The position numbers and the translations under genes were made by a program. A model generated the notes under the pieces. The model did no database searches. It saw nothing but the letters and a program-made list of their open reading frames with translations, and was not told the origin of the DNA. DNA of 64,000 bases from contig NC_090385.1 of NCBI RefSeq assembly GCF_036365525.1, positions 52,782,581 to 52,846,580 on the forward strand. Reading direction: 5' to 3'. The DNA comes from Heterodontus francisci. Its lineage: Eukaryota. Below, one piece after another: positions 52,037 to 63,701 of the stretch; positions within the stretch are counted from its first letter, which is position 1, and every line of letters starts with the position of its first letter.

Positions 52037-53559
52037 CTAGTAGTGGTGGAGGTGGGCAGCCTTTGTGATGGAGAGAATAATCAACCACTTAATCTTTAAA
52101 AAAAAAATCAAGCGGTCATTCATCTTGCTGCTGTTATTGGAACATTTTACTGGTGCAGGATGGCTTTGTGCTTGTTAACATATCAATTGCTGTTTGCTTT
52201 GAAGCACAAAGATGAATTGCTTTGAGCTGTTTTGATAATCTGAAGTTCTATATACATGTATGTTTACTATTTTGTATTTCTAGATGTTCTTGCCACCATA
52301 GACTAAAATCTAAAGCAGTTAGATTGCATGAGAATGTCAAAACTGAACAGAAAAACAAATGGTCATTACCGATACAGTGCAACTTGCATAAACAGAAATT
52401 TCCAAAAATACCTGCAAAAAATGGACATTTACTGAAACACCAAATTAACTTGCATATACCAAGAGGTACTCTGAAACCACACACGCACAAATGCCGACCT
52501 ATGGACGGTTTTCGATACACAAAGTACTTTTCCAATTTAAAACGTGCAATACGGCCTGTTGTAAAGCTGCTGTTTCTGGAACTGTTAGAGTTCAGATCAC
52601 TGATGCCTCCCTCTTTCAGTTTGCTTCCTTTCTGCCCCCAAATTCTCATGAGTTTAGCATATGCAGGTTAACATGAGGTCGCAGTGCGTTTTGTGAAAGT
52701 TACGACTTTTGTGGAATGGGGAGCTCTTTTCTCAGCATCCATAGTGTTTGAAAGACTGCCCTATCTATGGGATTAAATGCTTGCACAGATCTCACAGGAA
52801 CAGAGTATTTCTCTACCACTATGGATGCTGAGTAGAGAACATCCCATTCAATAAAGACATTTATTTCACAAAACCTGTTGCTACCTCTCATTGACCTCGC
52901 CTTTCTTCCAAATGAAGAAAAGTGCATGCGAACAGGGAGAAGGGCCATCCTATCCCAGGGCCATGTCTGTACACTCGATGGCTGCTGGCAGTTACTTTCC
53001 TCTGACCCTGCCATCATCATCTTTCCCTCTGCTTCCAATGGGGGAGCTTTGGAAATTGAAGGAAGATGGCTGTCCAAGGTTTCTATTTCTGCTGCTCTAT
53101 AGAGTGAACAGCTCTGAGTCCCAGCTATCAGTCCTACAGCCTCGCTGCTCATCCAGAACACTGCTGTTTCACTCCTCTACATAATGTGACCTGTTGTGTT
53201 TTCCCTTCCAAATGTTCCCAATCTGGTCTAAGAATGGCCTTTGGAAACTTCAGTGTACCAGCACAATCTGTTTTGTATTCCCCTTTATTTTAATTCTGTG
53301 GCTGTCCTAATGCTGGTAAGTAGAACTGAGAAAGGCAGTTCATTACTGAAGTTACAGTCTGCTGTAAGAGAGCTGCTTGAAATGAAAATGCAATGTAGAC
53401 TGCAAAACTGTTGAATGAACAAAGCTGGACACTGGTGTGTGGGAAGAGGATTCTTAGCATTGCTGCAGTTGATTCGGTACCGATAGCAATCTCAAGAAAT
53501 AGCTGAGATTACAGAGAACATTTTTACAGTACATCATATGAAAATTAAGGATACTTGCA

Positions 53560-55600
53560 AAAATGATCGATCCCTAAAGATGAGGTAATAGAGATGGTTG
53601 ATGAGGGTAATGCAGATAATGCTGTGCATAAGGACTTCCAAAAGGCATTTGATAAAGTGCCACATAACTAACTTGCCAGTAAAGATGAAGCCCATGGAAT
53701 GAAAGGGGAAATGGAAGCATGGATACAAAGTTGGGTGAGTGACAGGAAAGACAGAGTTATGGTAAACAGTTGCTTTTTGGACTGGACAAAGGTGTACAGT
53801 GGGGTTCTCCAGGGATTGGTACTCGGATCAAGCTTGTCTTGGCAGCTGCGTTTGCTGACAATGCAACCATGAGGTGGCACACTACTGGCACATGCACAAA
53901 TGCAGCCTCATCGACTGAAATGCCACTGTCTGCAATGTCTCAAACAGCTGTCAGTAATAAAAATGGCACTGCTCAATTTGAAACAGAAAAACAAATTGAA
54001 CCCAAACCCTCTCACCCCTCAATGGCCGCAATCACCACCTCCACACACGCCCCCCCCAACAGTACGCTGCTCCCACCTGCGATCACCGCTTCTCTTCCCC
54101 GCTCTCTCCTGTGATCACTGCCGCAATCGGTTTCCCGCTCCCTCCCGCAATCACCATTTCGCTTCCCAGCTCCCGCCTTTTCACCACTCCATCCTGCCGC
54201 TCCCGCTTGCTCACCACTCCATCCCACCTCTCGCTCCCCGCCTCGCCACCCAGAGAAGCAGCTGGGGCGGGGTGGTGGTGGGGGTGAACTGGGGAGAGCG
54301 AGTGGCGAAGTGTTGGAAGCGGTGGGATGGAGCAATGAGTAGTCTGGAGCAGTGAACAGGCAGGAGCAGTCTGGAGCAGTCTGGAGCGGTGAGTAGGTGG
54401 GTGTTGGGGAGGAAGCGGGGAAGAGAAATGGCAATTGCGGAAAGGAGCGGTAAGAGAAGCGGCACTTGAGGTGGGAGGGAGCAGGGTACTGTTGACGGGG
54501 GTGGGGATGTAGGCGACGATCACGGCCATGGAGGGGTGCGGCAACACTCGGACAGCATTATGTCTGACATCATTACATGGTGACATTGCTGCGCGTGTGC
54601 ACGGACCCATACTGCCAAGCTGGCAAATGTTCAGATGCACTGACGACGTTGGCAATCGCTCTGCGCATGCTCTACGTTGTCAGGAGACACTCCATTTCTT
54701 GACATATATTAATGACCTAGACTTAGGTGTATGGGACACGATTTCTAATTTGCAGATGACACAAAACTTGAAAGTATTGTGATGTGTGAGGGAGATAATG
54801 ATAGATTTCCAGAGAACAGACAGGCTGGTGGAATGGGCGGTCACGTGGCGGATGAAATTTAATGCAGCGAAATGTGAAGTGCTATATTGTGATAGGAAGA
54901 ACGAAGAGATCAGGATCAGACAGATGTGGGAGCATATGTGCATGAATCATTAAAGGTGACAGGGCAGGTTGAGAAAGTGGTTAAAAAGGCATATGGGATC
55001 CTGGACTTTATAAATAGAGGCGTGGTGTACAAAAGCAAGGAGGTTATGATGAACCTTTATAAAACACTCGTTCGACCTCAACTGGAATATTGTGTACAAT
55101 TCTGGGCACTACACTTTAGGAAGGATGTGAAAGCTTTAGAAAGGGTGCAACAGAAAAGATTTACAAGGATGGTTCCAGGGATGAGAGACTTCAGTTACTT
55201 GGATAGATTGGAGAAGCTCGGCCTGTTCTGCTCAGAGAAAAGAAGGTTGAAATAAGATTTGATAGATGTGTTCAAAATCATGAGGAGTCTGGATGGAGAA
55301 GAGAGAAAATGTTCCCATTGGTGGAAGGGTAGAGAACCAGATATGTTATTGGCAATGGAAACAATGGTGACATGAAGAAAAACTTTTTTATACAGCGAGT
55401 GGCTAGGATCTAGAATGCACTGCATGATTGTTTGGTGGAAGCAGATTCAATCATGGTTTTTAAAAGGCAGTTGGAACATTATCTGCAGAGGAAAATTAGT
55501 GGGGCTATGGGGAAAAGGGCTGGGGAGTAGGGCTAGTTGAGTTGCTCTTGCAGAGAGCTGGCACAGACACAACAGACTAAATGGCCTCCTTCTGTGCTGC
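53560..55600 (+). mobile_element. CR1 fragment interrupted by a GC-rich fold-back insert (about 53830-54690)
   Basis: The CR1 RT frame continues on both sides (GVLQGLVLG | FLTYINDLD). The insert has imperfect inverted arms at about 54010-54110 and 54440-54540. Confidence 0.75.
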
Positions 55601-55968
55601 ATCCATTAATCAAACTGCCTCTTAAATGCTTCTGTGCTATTTGCCTTAATTGCTTCTTGTGGTAGGAAGCTCCTCATTGTAATCACTCTCTAGCTAAAGA
55701 AGTTTGCAGTCGTGTTCATGTGACAGACATGCAGATGAATATAAAAATAAAATATTATAGCATCTACTTTTGGCTGGGTTTAGATTCTTCTCTATGCGCA
55801 TGTGCAAAAGAAGTCCTTCAGTTGAAGGAACATTCTAATCCGTAAATGAGATCCAAGTGCTGACGAATCATGCACATATGCCCCCACATCTGTCTGTTGA
55901 TGTATATGCGCAACTAAAATCCAAGTGCTGATTAGCTGCTGTACATGTGCAAATAAGATCCACATGAT

Positions 55969-58900
55969 ATAAAAACAGAAAGTGCTGGAAGTACTCAGCA
56001 GGTCTGGCAGCATCTGTAGAGAGAGAAGCAGAGTTAACATTTCAGGTCTGTGATCTTCCATCAGGACTGGCAAAGGTTAAAAATGTAATAGGTTTTAAGC
56101 AAATAAAGTGGGGTGGGGGAAAAGAGAACAAAAGGGAAGGTGTTGATAGGACAGAGGGCCAGAGAGATTAACTGACAAGGAGGTCATGAAACAAAGGCAA
56201 ACAGAGTGTGCTAATGGTGTGCTGAAAGACAAAGCATTAGTGCAGAGAGGGTGTTAAATGGAAGAATAATGAACAGTCCTAGCCAAAAGCACAAACATGA
56301 AAAAAACAGTGGGCAGGCACATAGTAAAAAAAAATGAAACAAGTAAAAATTAAAAAAAAAGGGCCAGTCATGCTTAATTATTGAACTCAATGTTCAGTCC
56401 AGTAGGCTGTAATCGGTAATCGGTAAATGAGGAGCTGTTCCTCGAGCTTGTGTTGATGTTCACTGCAATACTGCAGCACTGCAGTAAGCCCAGGACAGAG
56501 ATGTGGGCATGAGAGCGGAGTGGGTGTGTTGAAATGGCAAGTGATCGGAAGCTCTGGGTCATGGTTTGAGACAGAGCGGAGGTGTTTCGCAAAGCGGTCA
56601 CCCAATCTGCGTTTGGTCTCTCAAATGTAGAGGAGACCTCATTGTGAGCATCGAATACAGTATACTAAATTGAAAGAAGTACAAATAAATCGCTGCTTCA
56701 CCTGAAAGGAGTGTTTGGGGCCTTGGATATTGAGGAGAGAGCAGGTAAAAGGGCAGGTATTACACCTCCTGTGATTGCATGGGAAGGTGCCACAGGAAGG
56801 GGACGAGGTGTCAGGGGTAATGGAGGAGCGGAGTAGGGTGTTGCGGACGGAACGATCCCTTCAGAATGCTGACGGGGGAGGAAAAGATGCGTTTGCTGAT
56901 GGCATCACGCTGGAGGTGGCAAAAATGGCGGAGGATGATCCTTTGGATGTGGAGGCTGGTGGGGTGGAAACTGAGGACAAGGAGAACCCTGTCGCGGCTC
57001 TGGGAGGGAGGTGAAGGGGAGGGGGCAGAAGTGCAGGAAGTGGGCTGGACATATCAGAAGCACTGTTGAGGAAGGTTGCATCATCAGCCCGCTTCTACCC
57101 CCTTCCCAAAATCCACAAACCGGACTGTCTTGGCAGACCCATCGTTTCAGCCTGTTCCTGCCCCACTGAACTTATTTCTTCCTATCTTGACTCTATCTTT
57201 TCTCCCTGGCCCAGTCTCTTCCCACCTACATCCCTGACACTTCTGACGCCCTATGTCATTTTTCCATTTTCCAGTTTCCTAGCCCTAACCGCCTCCTCTT
57301 CACTATGGATGTCCAATCCCGCTACACCTCCTTCTCCCACCAGGATGGTTTGAGGGCTCTCCGCTTCTCCCTTGAACAGAGGCCCAACCAGTCCCCATCC
57401 ACCACCACCCTCCTCTGCCTGGCTGAACTTGTACTCATATTGAACAACTTCTCCTTCAACTCCACTCACTTCCTTCAAATAAAAGGTGTTGCTATGCGTA
57501 CCCGCATGGGTTCTAGTTATGCCTGTCTTTTTGTGGGATATGTCAAACATTCCTTGTTCCAGTCCTACTCTGGTCCGCTCCCCCATTTCTTTTTCCGGTA
57601 CATTGATGACTGTATCAGTGCCATTTCCTGCTCCGACCCTGAACTGGAAAACTTTATTCACTTTGCTTCCAATTTCCACCCTTCTCTCACCTTTACATGT
57701 TCCATCTCCAACACCTCCCTTCCCTTCCTTGACTTCTCTGTCTCCATCTCTGGGGATAGCCTGTCCACTAATATTCATTGTAAGCCCACCAACTCCCACA
57801 GCTACCTTGAATAAAATTCATCACACCCTGCCTCCTGTAAGGACTCCATTCCATTCTCCCAATTTCTCTGTCTCCAACACATCTGCTCTGATATGCAACC
57901 TTCCGCAACAGCACTTCTGATATGTCTTCCTTTTCCCTCAACCGAGGATTGCCCCCCACTGTGGTTGACAGGGCCTTCAACCGTGTCCGGCCCATTTCCT
58001 GGAGAAAAGATAGAGTCAAGATAGGAAGAAATAAGTTCAGTGGGGCAGGAACAGACTGAAACGATTGGTCGGCCAAGACAGATGGTTTGTGGATTTTGGG
58101 AAGGAGGTAGAAGCGGGCTGATGATGCAACCTTCCACAACAGCGCTTCTGATATGTCCAGCCCACTTCCCGCACTTCTACCCCCTCCCCTTCACCTCCCT
58201 CCCAGAGCTGCGACAGGGTTCTCCTTGTCCTCAGTTTCCACCCCACCAGTCTCCACATCCAAAAGATCATCCTCCGCCATTTCCGCCACCTCTAACATGA
58301 TGCCAACACCAAACGCATCTTCCCTTTCCCTCCTCTGTCAGCATTCCAAAGGGATCATTCCCTCCACGACACCCTGGTCCACTCTTCCATCACTCCCGAC
58401 ACCTCGTCCCCTTCCCATGCAATCGCGGGATATGTAATACCTGCCCTTTTACCTCCTCTCTCCTCACTATCAAAGGCCCCAAACACTCCTTTCAGGTGAA
58501 GTAGCGATTTGCTTGTACTTCTTTCAATTTAGTATACTGTATTTGCTGCTCACATTGCGGTCTCCTCTACATTGGGGAGACCAAACGCAGATTGGGTGAT
58601 CATTTTGCGGAACACCTCTGCTTGTCTGTAAACATGACCCCCAGCTACCGGTTGCTTGCCATTTCAATTCACCACCCTGCTCTCATACCCACATCTCTGT
58701 CCTGGGCTTGCTGCAGTGTTGCAGTGAACATCAATGCAAGCTCGAGGAATAGCACCTCATTTACCAATAAGGCACACTACACCCTACTGGAGTTGAGTTC
58801 AATAATTTAAGAGCATGACTGGCCCCTTTTTATTTTTACTTTATTTTATTTTGTTTCATCATTTTGTTTTACCATGTGCCTGCCCACTGGTTTTTTCACG

Positions 58901-59203
58901 CTTGTGCTTTTAACTAGGGCTGCTCATTATTCTGTCATTCACATTCTCTCTGCACTAATGCTTTGTCTTTCAGCAAACCATTAACACACTCTGTTTGCCT
59001 TTGCCTCATAACCTCCTTGTCAGTTATTCTCTGTGGCCCTCTGTCCTATCACTCACCTCCCCTTTTGTTCTCTTTTCCCCCACCCCCACTTTATTTGCTT
59101 AAAACCTAATTATTTTCTAACCTTTGTCAGTTCTGATGAAAGGTCACACACCTGAAACATTAACTCTGCTTCTCTCTCCACAGATGCTGTCAGACATGCG
59201 GAG
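55969..59203. mobile_element. Palindromic Penelope-like composite (RT plus two inverted GIY-YIG/terminal arms)
   Basis: RT motifs ARFYPLPKIHK..GRPIVS, MDVQSRY, QIKGVAM, FRYIDDC; arms 55969-57205 and 58001-59195 are reverse complements. Confidence 0.92.
59129..59165 (+). ncRNA. Minimal hammerhead ribozyme motif (slightly decayed)
   Basis: AGUU-CUGAUGA-A-AGGU(CACAC)ACCU-GAA-ACAU-U-AACU. Confidence 0.65.
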
Positions 59204-59527
59204 TAAAGGCCAGCTACCCGACCCGACGATATGTGTTGGTTTCGGGTTGCACTTCCGGGTCCGGTATTCGAACTCGGGCCGGGTTGAACACGCTCCATCA
59301 CAACCTCAGGTTAGTGGCTCAGATATTAATTTACTTTTTGGTCTTTTTGTGGTGGTTTTGTTAGTTATTTTAAACTTGTGCAGGTAAGGAACAAAGTGAA
59401 GAACAGAAGGTAAGTTAACTGATGGTCGGGTTGGGAATGGGGAAAAATGGAAGGACTCAGGCCAGGTCTGGTTGTGGTTCTTTTGTGCTCGGGTCTGATT
59501 TCAGTTGCAGACCCGAGCAGGCCTTTA
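59204..59527. mobile_element. hAT-like MITE
   Basis: TIR TAAAGGCC..GGCCTTTA; subterminal ACCCG repeats; degenerate 8-bp TSD derived from CTGCTGAG. Confidence 0.7.
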
Positions 59528-59535
59528 CTGCTGAA

Positions 59536-60411
59536 TCATGGGGCAGGACGTCAGAAATGTTCCATCCATCAATATTGGCGACCACGCTCTGGAAGTGGTT
59601 CAAGAGTTCACCTACCTAGGCTCAACTATCACCAGTAACCTGTCTCTAGATGCAGAAATCAACAAGTGCATGGGAAAGGCTTCCACTGCTATGTCCAGAC
59701 TGGCCAAGAGAGTGTGGGAAAATGGCGCACTGACACAGAACACAAAAATCCGAGTGTATCAGGCCTGTGTCCTCAGTACCTTGCTCTATGGCAGCGAGGC
59801 CTGGACAACGTACGTCAGCTAAGAGCGACGTCTCAATTCATTCCATCTTCGCTGCCTCCGGAGAATACTTGGCATCAGGTGGCAGGACCGTATCTCCAAC
59901 ACAGAAGTCCTCGAGGCAGCCAACATCCCCAGCTTATACACACTACTGAGTCAGCGGCGCTTGAGATGGCTTGGCCATGTGAGCCGCATGGAAGATGGCA
60001 GGATCCCCAAAAACACATTGTACAGCGAGCTCGTCACTGGTATCAGACCCACCGGCCGTCCATGTCTCCGCTTTAAAGACGTCTGCAAACGCGACATGAA
60101 ATCCTGTGACATTGATCACAAGTCGTAGGAGTCAGTTGCCATCGTTCGCCAGAGCTGGCGGGCAGCCATAAAGGCAGGGCTAAAGTGTGGCGAGTCGAAG
60201 AGACTTAGCAGTTGGTAGGAAAAATGACAGAGGCGCAAGGGGAGAGCCAACTGTGTAACAGCCCCGACAAACAATTTTTTCTGCAGCACCTGTGGAAGAG
60301 CCTGTCAGTCTAGAATTGGCCTTTATAGCCACTCCAGGCGCTGCTTCACAAACCACTGACCACCTCCAGGCGCTTACCCATTGTCTCTTGAGATAAGGAG
60401 GCCAAAGAGAG
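59536..60411 (+). mobile_element. RTE LINE 3' fragment, same family as 16279-17165
   Basis: MGQDVRNVPSINIGDHALEVVQEFTYLGS..YQACVLSTLLYGSEAW. Confidence 0.92.
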
Positions 60412-60419
60412 TTCCAACA

Positions 60420-60541
60420 CGTTAACTCTGCTTCTCTATAGATGCTGCCAGACCTGCTGAGTGATTCCAGCATTTCTTGTTTTTATTCCAGCACTTTCCG
60501 TTTTCATTTCAGATTTCCAACATCTGCAATATTCCGCTTTT
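60420..60541 (+). mobile_element. Remaining Penelope terminal sequence
   Basis: gttaactctgcttctct..cagatttccaacatctgcaatatt. Confidence 0.75.
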
Positions 60542-60660
60542 AAAATCCACGTGCTGATTGGCTGTTGATGGGCATGCGCAAATGGAAGCCCAGTGTCGAT
60601 TGGCTGTTGATAGGCATGCGCAAATGGAATCCCTCGGTTGTTGATTGGCATGCGTTTCGT
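60541..60660 (+). promoter_or_regulatory. MARS2: MARS2 promoter: ~42-bp tandem units each with a CCAAT box (ATTGG) and an NRF1-like GCATGCG(CA)
   Basis: gattggctgttgat(g/a)ggcatgcgcaaatggaa occurs twice, plus a partial third unit, immediately upstream of a CpG island. Confidence 0.65.
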
Positions 60661-60770
60661 TGATGTGTGTTGGTCAGCACGCAGCCGCAGAAGCTCCAGG
60701 CCTTGTTGGTGGGTCAGGCGGGAATGGTTGTGAATAGGGACTGGGGCCTGGTGTCGGTAGTGCTGCCGGT

Positions 60771-61092
60771 ATGACAGGTTCGGCGTACAGGCGAGCTGTG
60801 CGCCTAGCTCGTGAGTTGCCGTCTTTCGGCGCTAGGTGCTTCTGGTCGCCCGCTGGCAGTGAGCGGGGTCTCCGCTGCCGTCTGCCTCCGGGCTGCGCAG
60901 TCGCTTGCATCGTCCGTGCTCTGCCCTGCCGGTACTCGGGATCCTTGGCCGGCCTCAGCCCTTTCCTCATCACGACTCCCATCTTCTATGTGAATGCGGC
61001 TCCTCATATCGGCCACCTGTACTCAGCGGTGCTGGCGGACGCCTTGTACCGTTCCAAGGTTTTACTGGGATACCAAGCCAAGTTTGTAACAG
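60771..61092 (+). CDS. MARS2: Mitochondrial methionyl-tRNA synthetase, first coding exon (gene continues beyond the window)
   Basis: Arg-rich mitochondrial-presequence-like N terminus, then [26 protein letters not shown] (class I HIGH motif of MetRS). Similarity ends at the ACAG|GTACAA donor inside the expected TG-TDEHG motif. Confidence 0.93.
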
Positions 61093-61342
61093 GTACAAGG
61101 GACCAGCGGCCTCCGCAGCAGCCAGTTATCCCGTAAACAAACGGGAGCTTTCTCCTTGTGCCCCGCGTATCTCCAGAAAACTGAACGTGAAGTTGGCAGA
61201 ATTAATTTGGGAAAGATTACCCGCATGTTGTATTCAATGTTTACATTGAAAAGAAATTCCAAATTTTAGTTAATGTTTCTACACAACTTTATGCATTATT
61301 TATCATATGAAACAGTTTTCCACAAGTTTTAGTAACTTATTA

Positions 61343-61585
61343 AAAACAATGTTGGAACTACTCAGCACATCTGGCAACATCAATGGGGAGAGAAAATGTT
61401 AATGTTTCAGGTCGATGACTTTTCGTCTGAACTGGGAAAAGATAGAAATGTAGTAGGTTTTAAATAGGTCATATGAGGGAAGGTGGAAAGAGAACAAAAG
61501 GGAAGGTATTTGATGGGGCAGAAGAGGGGAGACATTAAAAGTTAAGAGTTGGTGGCATGCCTAGAGTCAGTAAAGCCATTGTGTT
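61343..61585 (-). mobile_element. Degenerate Penelope terminal fragment in MARS2 intron 1
   Basis: Homologous to 44186-44460. Confidence 0.7.
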
Positions 61586-61597
61586 AGTATCTTCAGG

Positions 61598-61989
61598 TAA
61601 AGGCCTGCTCAGGTCGGGAAAAAGAACCCGACCCGAACCCGACTGATCCACAGCAGACTGAGCTCGACCAGGCCTGAGTCCCTCCAATTTCGCCCCAAGC
61701 CTGACCCAACCATCTTTACCTTCCGACTGGGAAGCTCCACGAAGGTGGAGCGCATGCATGACGAAGTCCTAGAGATGTCACTCACTTACTGCACAGACTC
61801 CATTTTGTCCCGGACTCTCAGCTCAGCTAATTTTTTTATTTTTAATACTTACCGGCAGAGCATTTGCCCTGTGTGTCTGGCCTGGCCCGACCCAAGCATG
61901 ACTCTGATTCGGCCAAGCCTGACCCAAGCCCGAATGCCCGACACATGTTGTCAGGTTCAGTCGAGTTTGGGTTGGGTAGCAGGCCTTTA
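61598..61989. mobile_element. hAT-like MITE
   Basis: 12-bp TIR TAAAGGCCTGCT / AGCAGGCCTTTA; 8-bp TSD TCTTCAGG / TCTTCAGA. Confidence 0.85.
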
Positions 61990-62109
61990 TCTTCAGACCC
62001 TTAAATTTTTGTTGTTCAGTTAAAATATGGAAATCCAGAAGCTGTCGTCAGCAATACCCCACTCCTCCACAGGGTGCGTCTTTGCAGTCCTTGTCAATAG
62101 ATGCTGAAG

Positions 62110-62413
62110 CGTGGCTACCCGACCAGCTGACATGTCGAGGTCGGGTCTCTCTTGCGGGCCCAGCATTCTGGGTCGGGCTGGACGTGGACAGTGCTGCCTT
62201 GCTCCAGGAAGTATTCTTCAAATGAACATTCAGGACATCAAGGCGGGAAATGTGCAGTCTGGACTCTGCACTCTGCAGTAAATCCTGGCTACCCGACTAT
62301 ATGTGTTGGGGTTGGGTCGGGCATTTAAAAAAATTGAAGGACTCTGGCCCGGGTTGGCTGTTGTCGGGTCGGGCCTGGGTCAGGTTTTAATTTTATACCT
62401 GAGCCAGGCTTTA
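62110..62413. mobile_element. Related degenerate hAT-like MITE
   Basis: gctacccgac start, gggtcggg repeats, ends ccaggcttta. Confidence 0.55.
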
Positions 62414-63701
62414 CTTGACGCTGAAATTAGAGTAGTGGCCTGTACTTGGGTACTTACCTGTTGGTTCTGCACTCAAGATGTCTGAAAAACTTAGGACTGG
62501 TACATAGGGCCAGTAAGTGAGTTTTCAGTGGTGTCATAAGTGAAAATTACTGAACAATCCCTCTGGCCCTGCAGAATTAATTTTACAAATTTGGAGTCTC
62601 ATTCCCTTATGCAAATTGTTGCAGATTTTAAAAGAAATAAAAAGTATTTTTTACTTTTTCTGTTTGCTCTTATCTGTCTCCCTTAATCCCATCTGTATTT
62701 CTCTATCCTTATTTAGCTTCCTGTACATAATTTAAATGTAATTTATATTTCCTATTCTTTACATCTTGGTTTGGACTCTGCATGTCTGTAAGGATACCAA
62801 TCTGGTGGAAGAGCCTCGCTGTTGTTCCCCCTGTTCAGATATTACAGATTCTCTAGAGGGCACTGCACTAAAACAGACTCTGGATTAGTGGAAATTCCAC
62901 TGACAATTTCATGAGAAGTCTGGGAAGTTGTACTGGAAATGAACAGTGAAAGCCATTCCTTTGCCAATGAGGGCAAAATCTGAGCTGTAATGTGTCCTAG
63001 TATTGATAGCCACAGTAAATAGAAAAATGGAGCATATCCACCAGATATAATGTTCGTCCAACAAATGAGTCTGACTGAGCTATATAAGTGATTAGACTTT
63101 TTAAATATACTGCTCTCTGGGGGAAATTTACCATTGCTGTGACAATGCAATGTGAATATCAGAAAAATGGGAAATTTGGAAATATTTATATCTTGTTTCC
63201 AGATTTCCAGCATCTGCAGTATTTTGCTTTTTTTTAATGGAAAAGGGTTCGGTCCATTGCAGTTTTATAGTGAAACAATAAGACTTGCGTCCATTGAATT
63301 AAATATTTAAACAATGTGATATAAAAACCTAGAAATATTTATAATGACTTGCTACAGATGTCTTGTGGTAAAGAAACATGCTTTGCTCTGCCATACTAAT
63401 GATGGTGTGATGACTATCCACTTGCTTGATTTTTCCTCATTTTACTCAAATAGTAAAAGCACTTTCATGTTGTCTTGGTTGTAACAGTCATGCTAACGTG
63501 CTACATGCAGAGTTTCCTTCAGTGGAATATTGTATTGTTAATCACAAGTATGAATGACCGAGCTTGTTTTAATAAATTGAAACTGGGAATGACTTAGACC
63601 TTTCTAACAAGCCATAGTTGTCTCGCCAAAGTTAATGGATGTAGAAATTAACGATGACATTGCTCCCTTTGTTTCCTTTCTTAATTGATATCTCCAGCCC
63701 A

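Noticed and set aside
52700-53161. 153-aa minus-strand ORF, plus overlapping 149-aa and 133-aa ORFs at 52222-52671
   Set aside because: No recognisable domain and no convincing splice or promoter context; cannot be supported as a gene.
53900-54655. Several 140-190 aa ORFs on both strands
   Set aside because: They arise from a GC-rich, low-complexity fold-back insert within a CR1; no coding signature.
60541-60660. Short direct repeats superficially like a CRISPR array
   Set aside because: Eukaryotic context, no unique spacers and no cas genes; it is a tandem promoter repeat.
61093-61136. Continuation of the MARS2 ORF ([13 protein letters not shown]-stop) suggesting a truncated pseudogene
   Set aside because: Read-through into the intron after a valid GT donor.
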